NCBI GenBank assembly: GCA_965223705.1
Contig: OZ245015.1
Coordinates: 1,696,001-1,760,000 of the forward strand
DNA from: Myxococcota bacterium
Lineage (GTDB): Bacteria > Myxococcota_A > UBA9160 > UBA6930
DNA length: 64,000 nt
Direction of reading: 5' to 3'
The notes under the pieces are model-generated. The model ran no database searches. It saw nothing but the letters and a program-made list of their open reading frames with translations, and was not told where the DNA came from. Below are positions 19,848 to 28,791 of this stretch, piece after piece. Made by a program: the position numbers and the translations under genes. Within the stretch, counting starts at the first letter, position 1. The number at the start of each line of letters is the position of its first letter.

Positions 19848-20347
19848 GGCGTGGCTCCTTGTGTCGGGCCGGTCGGTGCCGGGTCGATCGGTAGCGGGTC
19901 GCGGGGCGGGTCCGCGATCGGGATATCTCCGCTCATCGCGTCGATCACCATGTAGTTCACATCACGGACAAGCTGATTCTCGTCGTACCGGACAAGGGCG
20001 CGCAGTTCGTCGCCGTCAGTCGCGCCTTCCAGTGGAGTTCCGACAAGTTCCCAAGCACCGAGCGTTGCGACATCGAGCGCCGCATGGGTGATGGCCCGGG
20101 CGGACTTCTCGCGAGTCGAGTAGCCCTGCCGAAAGACAAAGAGGTCGAGCAAGCCGTCATCCTTTTGCTCGGTATGAATCGGGGCTCCCAACTCCGCGAT
20201 GACTGCGAGGCGGGAAATCCCAGGGCGCAAAACGTCGAGGTCCTTCTTGTCGGGCTGCTGCGTCGCCATGTAGACGGAGCAGCCGCTCAACGCTACGACG
20301 AACGCTAAGCTGAGCAACCACAGAGAGGTGAAGAGAATGGCCTTCAT
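19844..20347 (-). CDS. Hypothetical lipoprotein
   Basis: MKAIL..VALSG-C lipobox; CSVYMA..PDKKDL, ELGAP, DVATLGAWELVGTP. Confidence 0.7.
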   Translation of the reverse strand: MKAILFTSLWLLSLAFVVALSGCSVYMATQQPDKKDLDVLRPGISRLAVIAELGAPIHTEQKDDGLLDLFVFRQGYSTREKSARAITHAALDVATLGAWELVGTPLEGATDGDELRALVRYDENQLVRDVNYMVIDAMSGDIPIADPPRDPLPIDPAPTGPTQGATP

Positions 20348-20720
20348 GCGCTTGTTTGTGGTCTTCATCGCATCATGCGTCGCGCTCGGGGGGCAGTTCG
20401 GCTGTGCCGCGATCATCAATGGTACCAAGCAAGAAGTCCTCTTTACGAGCGCTCCGAACGGTGCTGTCGTCGACGTGGCCGGTCAGATACGCAAGACACC
20501 GGCAACGATGACGCTCTCACGCAAGCAGACCTACCACGCGGTTTTCAAGCTCGACGGCTACCACACGGAGACGCGGCTCCTGAGCCGTGAGGTCTCTCCC
20601 TGGCTGTTTCTCGACCTCGGCCTCTATCTGGTCCCGGGGATTGTGAGCCTTATGCATGGCGGCGCCTACAAGATCGAGCCCAGCCTGATCCATGTGCATA
20701 TGTCTGAAATACGGGAGTAG
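20346..20720 (+). CDS. PEGA-like domain lipoprotein
   Basis: MRLFVV..QFG-C, CAAIINGTKQEV, SAPNGAVV..KTPA..LDGY. Confidence 0.7.
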   Translation: MRLFVVFIASCVALGGQFGCAAIINGTKQEVLFTSAPNGAVVDVAGQIRKTPATMTLSRKQTYHAVFKLDGYHTETRLLSREVSPWLFLDLGLYLVPGIVSLMHGGAYKIEPSLIHVHMSEIRE

Positions 20721-20802
20721 AGGCTCCCCGGGCGGCCTGCAACAAAAGTTGCACCCGTGACCCGATCAGCCGATCGTTGATCTCGCCGATAAGTTCTATG
20801 CG

Positions 20803-21285
20803 ATGGCGATGGCGATGGCGATGGCGAAACGTTTCGTAGCGGCCTCGGCTGTCGCGTTGCTCGGCTGTAGTCCGTCGCTCTCGCTAGACGGCGCTTGGCG
20901 CTCCGACCGTGAGCGGACGCTCGCCGAACTCGAGACCGCAGGGAGCTTTACCGACGAACAATGGGCGTTTCTGAGCTCGCCGGGTTTATTCGGACACCTG
21001 ATTGTCGTCTTTGAAGGGAATCGCGCGATCAACGTGTTCGAGGGCGAGTGCCACCCTTATTCGGAGTTCGAAGTTCTGGAAGACTCCGAAGACAGAAAGC
21101 TCATCCGCTATTTCGATTCGGGACTCGAGTCGGTGATAGATCAAGAGATTCTCCTCGAAGAGAACCATCTCTACATGCCGTTCGGGTCCTACCGCTTTCC
21201 TGTGCGGGAAGCGTTCACGCGGATTTCGGTCGAAGAGGCATTTCGCCTCCATCCTTGCCTAAGTGCAATCGAAGAAGGCACCTAA
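20803..21285 (+). CDS. Hypothetical lipoprotein
   Basis: ALLG-C lipobox, LDGAWRSD; starts within a (GCGATG)n repeat. Confidence 0.65.
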   Translation: MAMAMAMAKRFVAASAVALLGCSPSLSLDGAWRSDRERTLAELETAGSFTDEQWAFLSSPGLFGHLIVVFEGNRAINVFEGECHPYSEFEVLEDSEDRKLIRYFDSGLESVIDQEILLEENHLYMPFGSYRFPVREAFTRISVEEAFRLHPCLSAIEEGT

Positions 21286-21305
21286 CGGTCGCCCTGCGGC
21301 CCGCG

Positions 21306-21758
21306 CTACTCGTAATCGCCCGACGGATCGAACGACGCTCCCTCGGCCAAGACGCCGTGGCCGGGGACGTGATTGACCTCGAGGCGAGTTCCGACCGGAT
21401 CCTCGAATAGCACGGAGTAATAGCCCGGGGCCCAGCCGCCTTCTTCGGGCGCGTGCACCACCGTCGCGCCGATCTCGCGTAGGTGGTTGTAGACCGCATC
21501 GACGTCGTCGCGACTACGCGCTCGCCAGCAGTGGTGGTGGAGACCGACGGCGTTCTGAACGAACCGTTGCCCTTCGTACTGTGGATCGCAACGACCGATG
21601 GCCATCGCCGTTCGCCCTCCTACGAAGTACACGAAATCGACACCGTCGAACACCTGTTCCATTCCGAAAAATGGCAAGAGCTTCGTGTAGAACTCCCGGC
21701 ACGTTTCCCAGTTGCTCACGGTGATGTTGGTGTGAGCGACGCCGTTGATCTTGATCAT
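21306..21758 (-). CDS. VOC/glyoxalase family protein
   Basis: GVAHTNITVS, GLHHHCWRA, YYSVLFEDPVGTRLE. Confidence 0.88.
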   Translation of the reverse strand: MIKINGVAHTNITVSNWETCREFYTKLLPFFGMEQVFDGVDFVYFVGGRTAMAIGRCDPQYEGQRFVQNAVGLHHHCWRARSRDDVDAVYNHLREIGATVVHAPEEGGWAPGYYSVLFEDPVGTRLEVNHVPGHGVLAEGASFDPSGDYE

Positions 21759-21801
21759 TCGCGATTCCTCGTCAGGCTCAGGGCTGCGGTACGGTTTGCT
21801 G

Positions 21802-22272
21802 ATGCCTATTACCGGTTACGACCACGTCGCACTTCCGGCAAAGAATCCCGAAGCGCTGATCGCATTCTACAAGAAGCTCGGTATGCCCATCCTCTACGAG
21901 GAGCTGTGGCGCGCCGGGAAGACCCCGGCGTTTGCCGTTGCCGTGGGCCCCCACGCGAAACTCAACTTCCACGACCCCAAGTTGTGGCAAAACCCGCGTT
22001 TCGAGGCGCGGGGGCCGACGGCCCAACCGGGCTGCGGAGACCTGTGCTTCGTTTTCGATGGCACGATCGAAGAGGCCGAAGCGTTGATTCGGGAGGCGGG
22101 CGGAGAAATCGCCTACGGCCCGGTCGATCAACCCGGTGGCGCCGATGCTGGGAAACGCCGCGGGACGAGCGTGTATACGCGCGATCCCGACGGGAACTTG
22201 GTGGAGTTGATGACGTACCCGGCGGTGGGTCGGGGATCGATCGCGGAGCTGCTTCCGCGTGAAGAGCGGTAG
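21802..22272 (+). CDS. VOC/glyoxalase family protein
   Basis: DHVAL, PGCGDLCF, SVYTRDPDGNLVE. Confidence 0.88.
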   Translation: MPITGYDHVALPAKNPEALIAFYKKLGMPILYEELWRAGKTPAFAVAVGPHAKLNFHDPKLWQNPRFEARGPTAQPGCGDLCFVFDGTIEEAEALIREAGGEIAYGPVDQPGGADAGKRRGTSVYTRDPDGNLVELMTYPAVGRGSIAELLPREER

Positions 22273-22283
22273 GTCGGCGTCGG

Positions 22284-23015
22284 CTAACGGCGGGTTCGCG
22301 CTGCGGCTGCGTACCAGTTCTTGAATAACGCCTGCGCGTGCTGCTGCAGTGCGGGCAACGCATCCAAGGTGCTGTTCTGGAACCGCGTCAGACCGCCGCC
22401 GCCGGTTTCGCCAAACGTCTCGTCCAACATCGCGAGAGCTTCGTCGCTTTGGCACCAGGTGGGCAGCGTCTCGGTGTCGACCTCGACGTGATACTGAATC
22501 GACAGGGTGGCGGGACCGAGGGTCATTGCCTGAATCGCGCAGCGATCCGAGCGCGCCAACACCTCGGCACCGCTCGGCGGCGCTCCGACCTCGGCTTTGT
22601 GCCACTGAAGGCGGGGGCCGGGCTCGCAGCCCGCAAAGAACGGGCTCGTCATTCCGGCAGCGGTGGGTTCGACCCGAAAGAGGCCGATCTCGGGTTGCGG
22701 CGCCTCACGTACGCTTCCGTCGAGCGCGTCGGCGAGGAGCTGATGACCGAGGCACACCCCGAGGTAGGGGACTCCGGCGGCGACCACCTCCCGAATGAAT
22801 TGCTTCTCCGGGACGAGCCAGGGGTGCTCGTCTTCCTGCCACACCTGCATGGCGCCGCCCATGACCCAGACGGCGTCGCAGGCGCTTGGGTCGGGATAGT
22901 CCGCGGGAGCGCCGTCGGGACGCAGCGTCGTTGCGGTTGCGCCCACTTCCTCGAGAAGCCTGCGCAGGTACCACGGGTGCCCTGAATCCAGGTGTTGAAG
23001 AACGAGGACGTGCAC
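22284..23015 (-). CDS. Class I glutamine amidotransferase, probable gamma-glutamyl hydrolase
   Basis: MGG, GVCLGHQ (Cys), QYHVE (His-Glu). Confidence 0.88.
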   Translation of the reverse strand: MHVLVLQHLDSGHPWYLRRLLEEVGATATTLRPDGAPADYPDPSACDAVWVMGGAMQVWQEDEHPWLVPEKQFIREVVAAGVPYLGVCLGHQLLADALDGSVREAPQPEIGLFRVEPTAAGMTSPFFAGCEPGPRLQWHKAEVGAPPSGAEVLARSDRCAIQAMTLGPATLSIQYHVEVDTETLPTWCQSDEALAMLDETFGETGGGGLTRFQNSTLDALPALQQHAQALFKNWYAAAARTRR

Positions 23016-23040
23016 GACGGGAGAATGCCATACTAGGAAG

Positions 23041-24495
23041 ATGCAAGAGGGAAGTCTCGGAAAAACCCATTTCGTCGCCGAGCACGGGCTTTGGAGCCGC
23101 GCTCAGCACGAGGCGGCGGAGGCGGTGACGGAGCAAGTCGAGTCCCAGGGGTTGCGAAACATTCGGATCGCCTGGGCCGATCAGCACGGCGTACTGCGCG
23201 GGAAACACGTGATGGCGCCGGACCTTCCTTCGGCGCTTCAGGGTGGGGTCGATTTCCAGACGGCTACGCTGTTCATGGACACCGCGAATCATTTGATCGC
23301 GCCGATCTTCGATCGCGAGGCGGGGCTCGGCTTCGCCGCGCTCGCGGGCGGTCCGGACGCGATCTTGGTGCCCGATCCCACGACCTTCCGGATCCTGCCC
23401 TGGGCGGAAGACACGGGCTGGATGCTCGCGGAAATGCATTTGGCCGATGGTTCGCCGTGTCCATTCGATACGCGGCACATCCTGCGTCGCCAGCTCGAAG
23501 ACCTCGCGTCGGAAGGCATGAGCTACATCGCAGGGCTCGAGGTCGAGTTCTATATCACGCGGCTCGAAGACCGGAAGTTCGATCCCGCCCAGGCGGGCTA
23601 TCCGCCCGATCCGCCCGACGTTTCCGTCATCGCTCACGGATTCCAGTACCTGACGGAGGATCGGCAAGACGAAATCGACGACATCTTGCAGCCCCTGTCT
23701 CGAAACCTCGAAGCCATTGATTTGCCGCTTCGCACGATGGAAGACGAATGGGGTCCGGGGCAGTGTGAGTTCACATTCGACCCGCAAATGGGTCTCGATC
23801 CCGCGGATTCGATGGTGCTGTTTCGAAGCGCGACGAAGCAGATCTGTCGTCGCGCCGGGCTCCACGCCACGTTCATGACGCGTCCGGCACTCCCGAATTT
23901 CTTTTCGAGCGGATGGCATCTCCATCAGTCCCTCGCACCGCTCGGTGGTGAGGGCAACTTGTTCAGCGATGCCGACGAACCCCTCTCGGGCCTGGGCCGC
24001 TCCTTCGTCGGCGGTCTCCTCGAGCACGCCCATGCCGGATCGGTCTTCGCGACGCCCACCATCAATGGCTACAAGCGGTTTCGCCCGAACTCGTTCGCCC
24101 CCGACCGCGTCACCTGGGCCGTCGAAAACCGCGGCGCGCTGATCCGCGTGGTCGGAGGCGCCGGGGATCCCGGGTCGCACATCGAGAACCGCGCCGGCGA
24201 ACCGTGCGCGAATCCCTACCTCTATATGGCTGCTCAGATCGCCGCCGGGCTCGACGGAATCCGTCGCAAGCGGGACCCGGGCCCGCCCGAAGCCGCGCCC
24301 TACGAATCGGCCAAACCGAAACTCCCGGCGAGCCTGATGGACGCTCTCGGTGCCTTGCGCGAGAGCACTTTCTACCGTGCGGCTTTCGGCGACGCCTTCG
24401 TCGACTACTACTGCGCCGTCAAGCAAAGTGAGATCAACCGCTTCCTGTCCCATGTGACGGACTGGGAGCAACGCGAGTACTTCGAGGTTTACTGA
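23041..24495 (+). CDS. Glutamine synthetase-like gamma-glutamylating ligase (TdnQ/AtdA1-like)
   Basis: DQHGVLRGK, GLEVEFY, EWGPGQCE, SGWHLHQS, ENRGA, ENRAGEPCANPY; N-terminal FVAEHGLWS recalls aniline-pathway GS-like proteins. Confidence 0.85.
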   Translation: MQEGSLGKTHFVAEHGLWSRAQHEAAEAVTEQVESQGLRNIRIAWADQHGVLRGKHVMAPDLPSALQGGVDFQTATLFMDTANHLIAPIFDREAGLGFAALAGGPDAILVPDPTTFRILPWAEDTGWMLAEMHLADGSPCPFDTRHILRRQLEDLASEGMSYIAGLEVEFYITRLEDRKFDPAQAGYPPDPPDVSVIAHGFQYLTEDRQDEIDDILQPLSRNLEAIDLPLRTMEDEWGPGQCEFTFDPQMGLDPADSMVLFRSATKQICRRAGLHATFMTRPALPNFFSSGWHLHQSLAPLGGEGNLFSDADEPLSGLGRSFVGGLLEHAHAGSVFATPTINGYKRFRPNSFAPDRVTWAVENRGALIRVVGGAGDPGSHIENRAGEPCANPYLYMAAQIAAGLDGIRRKRDPGPPEAAPYESAKPKLPASLMDALGALRESTFYRAAFGDAFVDYYCAVKQSEINRFLSHVTDWEQREYFEVY

Positions 24496-24496
24496 G

Positions 24497-25009
24497 ATGA
24501 GCTGGCGAGGCGAAAAGATGGGCGGCATGACCGCCGAGGAGATGAATGAATTTCTCGCCGGCCCGTGGCTCGCACGGCTGGCCTGCTTGAAGCCCGATGG
24601 CGCGCCTTACGTCGTCCCCGTCTGGTACCACTGGGATGGCACCGCCTTCTGGGTGGTCGGGCGCGCGCGCTCGGAATGGGCGCATTACATCGCCGCCGAC
24701 CCCCGTGTGTCGATTGTGGTCGACGAACCCGATCCGCCGATCCGAAAAGTATTATGCGAAGGGACCGGCGTTGTCGTCGAGGCCGCCGTCGGCCCCGTCC
24801 TCGAGAACGGCGAAAAGTCGCAGTGGAATCTCATCGGAGAACGCTACACCGGACCCCGCTATTTGGGAGAGCGCGCCGAGGAATACCGCGGCGGCGTCAA
24901 CGTCGAACCATGCTGGACGATCAAGATCGTCCCGCAGAAGATCACGACGTGGCAGGGCTTCGGTTGGGCTCGCCGCTACTACCATCCGGAACTTCACGAC
25001 AAGGAGTGA
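24497..25009 (+). CDS. Pyridoxamine 5'-phosphate oxidase-like split-barrel protein
   Basis: ARLACLKPDGAPYVVPVWY, DPRVSIVVD. Confidence 0.82.
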   Translation: MSWRGEKMGGMTAEEMNEFLAGPWLARLACLKPDGAPYVVPVWYHWDGTAFWVVGRARSEWAHYIAADPRVSIVVDEPDPPIRKVLCEGTGVVVEAAVGPVLENGEKSQWNLIGERYTGPRYLGERAEEYRGGVNVEPCWTIKIVPQKITTWQGFGWARRYYHPELHDKE

Positions 25010-25013
25010 GATC

Positions 25014-26252
25014 GTGGAAAACGTCGCCATCACCGGTCTGGGTGTAATTTCGTCGATCGGCCAGAACATCGAAGACTTCAATCGGAACCTCGCAGCCCAC
25101 AAGGTGGTGGCAGGGCCCGTCCGCTGGAAGGACGACGACCACGAGAACATCTGGATGTCGCTCATCGAAGGGTTTGATCCCTTGGACTGGACCGAAGAGC
25201 GCGTCGTCCGGAACTCCACGGCATTTTCGCAATATGCTCTCGCAGGTGCCGTGCAGGCTGCGGCGGACGCGGGAATCGAATTCGATCCGTTCCGCACGGC
25301 CGTCGTCGTCGGCAGCGCGCTGGGTGGCGTCGACAGTTACGCGGTGGATCAGTACCGGCTCGATACCGAAGGCCCCGACGCCGTCGGCTCGAAGTTCATG
25401 GTGAACTCGCTCCTCAACATGCCGGCCGCACACATCGCGTTGCGCTGGAGTTTGCACGGGCCGCAATTGTCGATCGCTACGGCTTGCGCCTCTTCCCACG
25501 ACGCGATGGGCATCGCGGCTCGCATGATCGAGTCGGGTGAGGTCGATGTCGCGATCACCGGCGGCACCGATTGCGCGATCAGTCCGCTCGTCTTCTTCGG
25601 CGCCCGCAACAACAAGATGTTCACGCCGCAGCCCGATCCCTACAAGACGTGTCGGCCTTTCAACAAGGAGCGCTTCGGCGTGATGCTCGGGGAGGGTGCC
25701 GGCATGTTTGTCCTCGAACGCGCGGATCGCGCGCGAGCGCGCGGTGCCAAGATCTACGGAAGACTCCGTGGCTATGCAACGCTCGCCGATGGCTACCACC
25801 CGTCGTCACCCGAACCGGAGGGTCGGTACGAGCAACGTGTCATGGAGATGGCTCTCGAAAGCGCGGCGCTCCCTGACGGTGTCGACGCGATCGACGCGGT
25901 GGTGGCGCACGGGACGGGTACGCCCGCCGGCGATATCGCGGAACTCGCCGCCCTGAACCGGATCTACGGCAACCGTAAGAAGCCGATGCGCGTGATGTCG
26001 CCCAAGGGCAATTTCGGTCACCCCCACGGCCCCGCCGGTGCCCTCGGACTCCTCGTGGGCCTCTACAGCATGAGCGAAGGGGCACTGATGCCGACGGCCG
26101 GTACATACGACGAAAGTGAGCTCATGTCCGAGATCGGCAAGCTCCACGTACCGATCAACGAACCCGCGGAAGGGCAGATCGAGGCGCTGCAAGTCAATGC
26201 GTTCGGTTTTGGCGGACAGAACTCGTCGCTCGTGGTGACGCGCGAATCGTGA
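25014..26252 (+). CDS. Beta-ketoacyl-ACP synthase (FabF/FabB-like)
   Basis: VAITGLG, TACASS (Cys), GEGAG, HGTGT (His), KGNFGH (His), NAFGFGGQN. Confidence 0.88.
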   Translation: MENVAITGLGVISSIGQNIEDFNRNLAAHKVVAGPVRWKDDDHENIWMSLIEGFDPLDWTEERVVRNSTAFSQYALAGAVQAAADAGIEFDPFRTAVVVGSALGGVDSYAVDQYRLDTEGPDAVGSKFMVNSLLNMPAAHIALRWSLHGPQLSIATACASSHDAMGIAARMIESGEVDVAITGGTDCAISPLVFFGARNNKMFTPQPDPYKTCRPFNKERFGVMLGEGAGMFVLERADRARARGAKIYGRLRGYATLADGYHPSSPEPEGRYEQRVMEMALESAALPDGVDAIDAVVAHGTGTPAGDIAELAALNRIYGNRKKPMRVMSPKGNFGHPHGPAGALGLLVGLYSMSEGALMPTAGTYDESELMSEIGKLHVPINEPAEGQIEALQVNAFGFGGQNSSLVVTRES

Positions 26253-26647
26253 AGTCGGCAAACTCGGCGCGATCCGCGACGATGCCCGGCCGCGCGAAGC
26301 CCCTCGGTGCTTACCCCCACTGGAAGCGGATCGGCGAGTGGATCTACATCTCGGGGACAAGCGCGCGCCAGGCCGATGATTCGATTCGCGGTAGTGACAT
26401 CGCGTCCCAGACGCGCGGAGTCGTCGAGAACCTCCGCGCCATCTTGGCCGATGCGGGCGCCACCCTCGATGATCTGGTCGACGTCACCGTCTTTCTCGTC
26501 GATATGGCGGACTTCTCCGCCTACAACGAGGCATACGCCGAGTACTTTGGCCCGGATGGACCGACGCGCACGACGGTCGCTGTCCGGGCGTTACCCCGCC
26601 CCGACTTGTTGATCGAAATCAAGGCGGTCGCGCACCACGCGGACTAG
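26249..26647 (+). CDS. RidA family protein (2-aminomuconate deaminase-like)
   Basis: AKPLGAYPH..YISGTSAR, PTRTTVAV, IEIKAVA. Confidence 0.85.
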   Translation: MKSANSARSATMPGRAKPLGAYPHWKRIGEWIYISGTSARQADDSIRGSDIASQTRGVVENLRAILADAGATLDDLVDVTVFLVDMADFSAYNEAYAEYFGPDGPTRTTVAVRALPRPDLLIEIKAVAHHAD

Positions 26648-26780
26648 CGACGGGGGAGAGAGCTGCTGCAACGCGGCTGCGGGGCGCTGATACGTAGCCG
26701 GCAACTCCCCGCGCAACTGTGCGCAGTTTAATCTAAATCTCCATAAGTCACTGGAATTGATCACGTTTTTCCTGACAGCG

Positions 26781-26818
26781 TTGACAAATCGTACTTAACG
26801 TATACAATTGAATACGTT
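26781..26818 (+). promoter_or_regulatory. Sigma70-type promoter overlapped by a 22-bp palindromic operator
   Basis: TTGACA (26781-26786), 16 bp, TACAAT (26803-26808); AACGTATACAATTGAATACGTT (26797-26818) pairs at 10 of 11 positions. Confidence 0.75.
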
Positions 26819-26850
26819 TCCCGGTCAACCCGTCCAAGGAGGTTCGGTTC

Positions 26851-27351
26851 GTGGCTACCAAGAGTGTATTGAGCGTGCGGATCAATGAAGACGACGCCGA
26901 GTTCTTGGCGCGCCTTTCCATCGATGGCGCCACGACACCCAGCGAAAAACTCCGTGCGCTACTCGCGAACGAGCGACGTCGCCGGGAGGGGTACAAGAGC
27001 CACAGCCGAGTTGTCGGCTTGACCCGCGAGACCCTGGCTCCCGCACTCCGCGCAGTCGAAACAGCCGAGCGCAAAACAGGGAGCTACTCGGAGGTGATTC
27101 ACCTCGTCGCAGAGTGGTTACCCGACGCCTTCGCAACGTTCGTGACCGGTATGGCCGGGACACAACAGGGTGCAAAAAAAGTTGCACTCGCGCGGATGGA
27201 GTCGGATTTGGCCGATCTCATCGCGCGCCTCGCAGAATCAACATTTCGGCTTGGAGTGACGAAGAGTATTCGCGGTTGCGATCCCGAGGTGATCTCAAAG
27301 CGCATCTCCCCCCTCATCGAGCTGGTGGACGTCATTCGAGCCTCACGCTGA
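26851..27351 (+). CDS. Hypothetical protein, putative ribbon-helix-helix regulator
   Basis: AAGGAGG SD; N-terminal VLSVRI strand plus two predicted helices; first gene of the pspA operon. Confidence 0.6.
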   Translation: MATKSVLSVRINEDDAEFLARLSIDGATTPSEKLRALLANERRRREGYKSHSRVVGLTRETLAPALRAVETAERKTGSYSEVIHLVAEWLPDAFATFVTGMAGTQQGAKKVALARMESDLADLIARLAESTFRLGVTKSIRGCDPEVISKRISPLIELVDVIRASR

Positions 27352-27371
27352 GTGCTTAGGAAAGGAACCCC

Positions 27372-28067
27372 ATGTCTGAAGCCCTGACCGGAAAAGTCGC
27401 GCGCATCGTAAGTGGAAGCGTGCATGCGCTCGTAGACGCGATGGAGAACGCAGCCCCCGAAACCGTGCTCGAACAAGCCATTCGAGAAATCGATTCCGCG
27501 GCCGAGGATGTGCGCGTCGAACTCGGAAGCGAACTGGCGAAGAAACATCTGGCAAGCACGAGGCTTCTGGAAGAGAACCAACGCCACGTGGACTTGTCCG
27601 AGAAGATCGAACTCGCGCTCAAGGAGCAGCGGGACGATCTCGCCGAGGCAGCCGCTTCAAAGCAGCTCGACATCGAGGCGCAGATCCCGGTCCTCGAGCG
27701 GGCGATCGCGGACTGCGGCGACCGCGAAAAAGAGCTCGAAGGTTTGCTGTCGGCACTGGCCGCGAAAAAACGCCAGATGCACGACGATCTCGTGGAGTTT
27801 CGCGCGCACCAGAAAGCCGCGAAGGCCGATCCCGCGCCCTCTCAAGCGCGACCTAATTCATCGGCGGGTGGGTCGGCCGTCGAAATGCGCGTTGAGCGGG
27901 CCAGCTCTGCGTTCGATCGCGTGATCGAGGCGAACACGGGCGTCGGTGGCCGCGTTGCGCACTTGCAGACTGAGGCGCAGCTCGTAGAGCTCGAGTCGCT
28001 AGCAAGAAAGAATCGCGTACGGGAACGACTCGCCGCCGCCAAGGCCAAGATTGAGGCCGGCAGCTAG
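27372..28067 (+). CDS. pspA: PspA/IM30 family protein
   Basis: Amphipathic N-helix, ENAAPETVLEQAIRE, long coiled coil, C-terminal RERLAAAK. Confidence 0.85.
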   Translation: MSEALTGKVARIVSGSVHALVDAMENAAPETVLEQAIREIDSAAEDVRVELGSELAKKHLASTRLLEENQRHVDLSEKIELALKEQRDDLAEAAASKQLDIEAQIPVLERAIADCGDREKELEGLLSALAAKKRQMHDDLVEFRAHQKAAKADPAPSQARPNSSAGGSAVEMRVERASSAFDRVIEANTGVGGRVAHLQTEAQLVELESLARKNRVRERLAAAKAKIEAGS

Positions 28068-28099
28068 GGAGAACCCGCGACACCCGAACGGGAGAGACC

Positions 28100-28777
28100 A
28101 TGATTGAGCTATTCGGTGCGCCGCAGAATCTGCCGTTTGCAGCGGCACTCATCCTCATGGGTATTCTCGCGCTGCTCGAAGGCGTTGGTGCACTTGTCGG
28201 TCTGGGGTTCTCGGCGCTTTTCGATTCGATTCTGCCGGACTTCGACATCGATGCGGATGTGGACGCTGAAGTAGGTGGAAGCGTGGGGCCAGGCGTCTTG
28301 ACGGGTCCGCTTTCATGGTTGCGGGTCGGGCGCGTTCCCGTCCTGATTCTGTTCGCCGTTTTCCTCGCAGCATTCGGCTTGATCGGACTCGCAGGGCAAA
28401 CGGCTTTCTACCGCATCAGCGGCTTGATGCTTCCCGCCGCCATCGCGTGGATTCCCGCCACGCTCTTGGCCTTGCCGGTGGTGCGCGGCGTCGGAGGCGT
28501 TATCGCCAGGCTGCTCCCGAAAGAAGAGACAAGTGCTGTTTCGGAGAAGACGTTTGTCGGTCGAGTTGCTTCCGTCGTACTGGGAACAGCGGCGGTGGGG
28601 CAACCGGCCGAGGCGAAGCTACGGGATGAGCATGGGCGCACGCACTATGTGATGGTTGAGCCCGAATCGGATGACGATGAATTTTCCGCGGGCGATGCCG
28701 TGCTCATCGTGCGCGCCGATGGCGCTCGTTTTCGAGTGATCCGGCCGCCTACGGATTCTCTCCTTCCCACGTCGTAG
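28100..28777 (+). CDS. yqiJ: YqiJ-like NfeD-type membrane protein with OB fold
   Basis: NLPF, TM helices, WLRVGRVPVL, PAEAKLRDEHGRTHYVMVEP. Confidence 0.85.
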   Translation: MIELFGAPQNLPFAAALILMGILALLEGVGALVGLGFSALFDSILPDFDIDADVDAEVGGSVGPGVLTGPLSWLRVGRVPVLILFAVFLAAFGLIGLAGQTAFYRISGLMLPAAIAWIPATLLALPVVRGVGGVIARLLPKEETSAVSEKTFVGRVASVVLGTAAVGQPAEAKLRDEHGRTHYVMVEPESDDDEFSAGDAVLIVRADGARFRVIRPPTDSLLPTS

Positions 28778-28791
28778 TCAGGAGGTCGTAC

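Noticed and set aside
20800..20827. (GCGATG)4.7 tandem repeat as a phase-variation switch
   Set aside because: A hexamer unit keeps the frame, so slippage would only change the number of N-terminal Met-Ala pairs.
22705..24528. 607-aa minus-strand ORF, and similar long antisense ORFs such as 45624-47420, 58109-59599 and 37881-39227
   Set aside because: Stop-poor shadows opposite well-supported genes, as expected at high GC3.
25014..26252. Type II PKS cluster
   Set aside because: Single ketosynthase with no chain-length factor, ACP or cyclase nearby.
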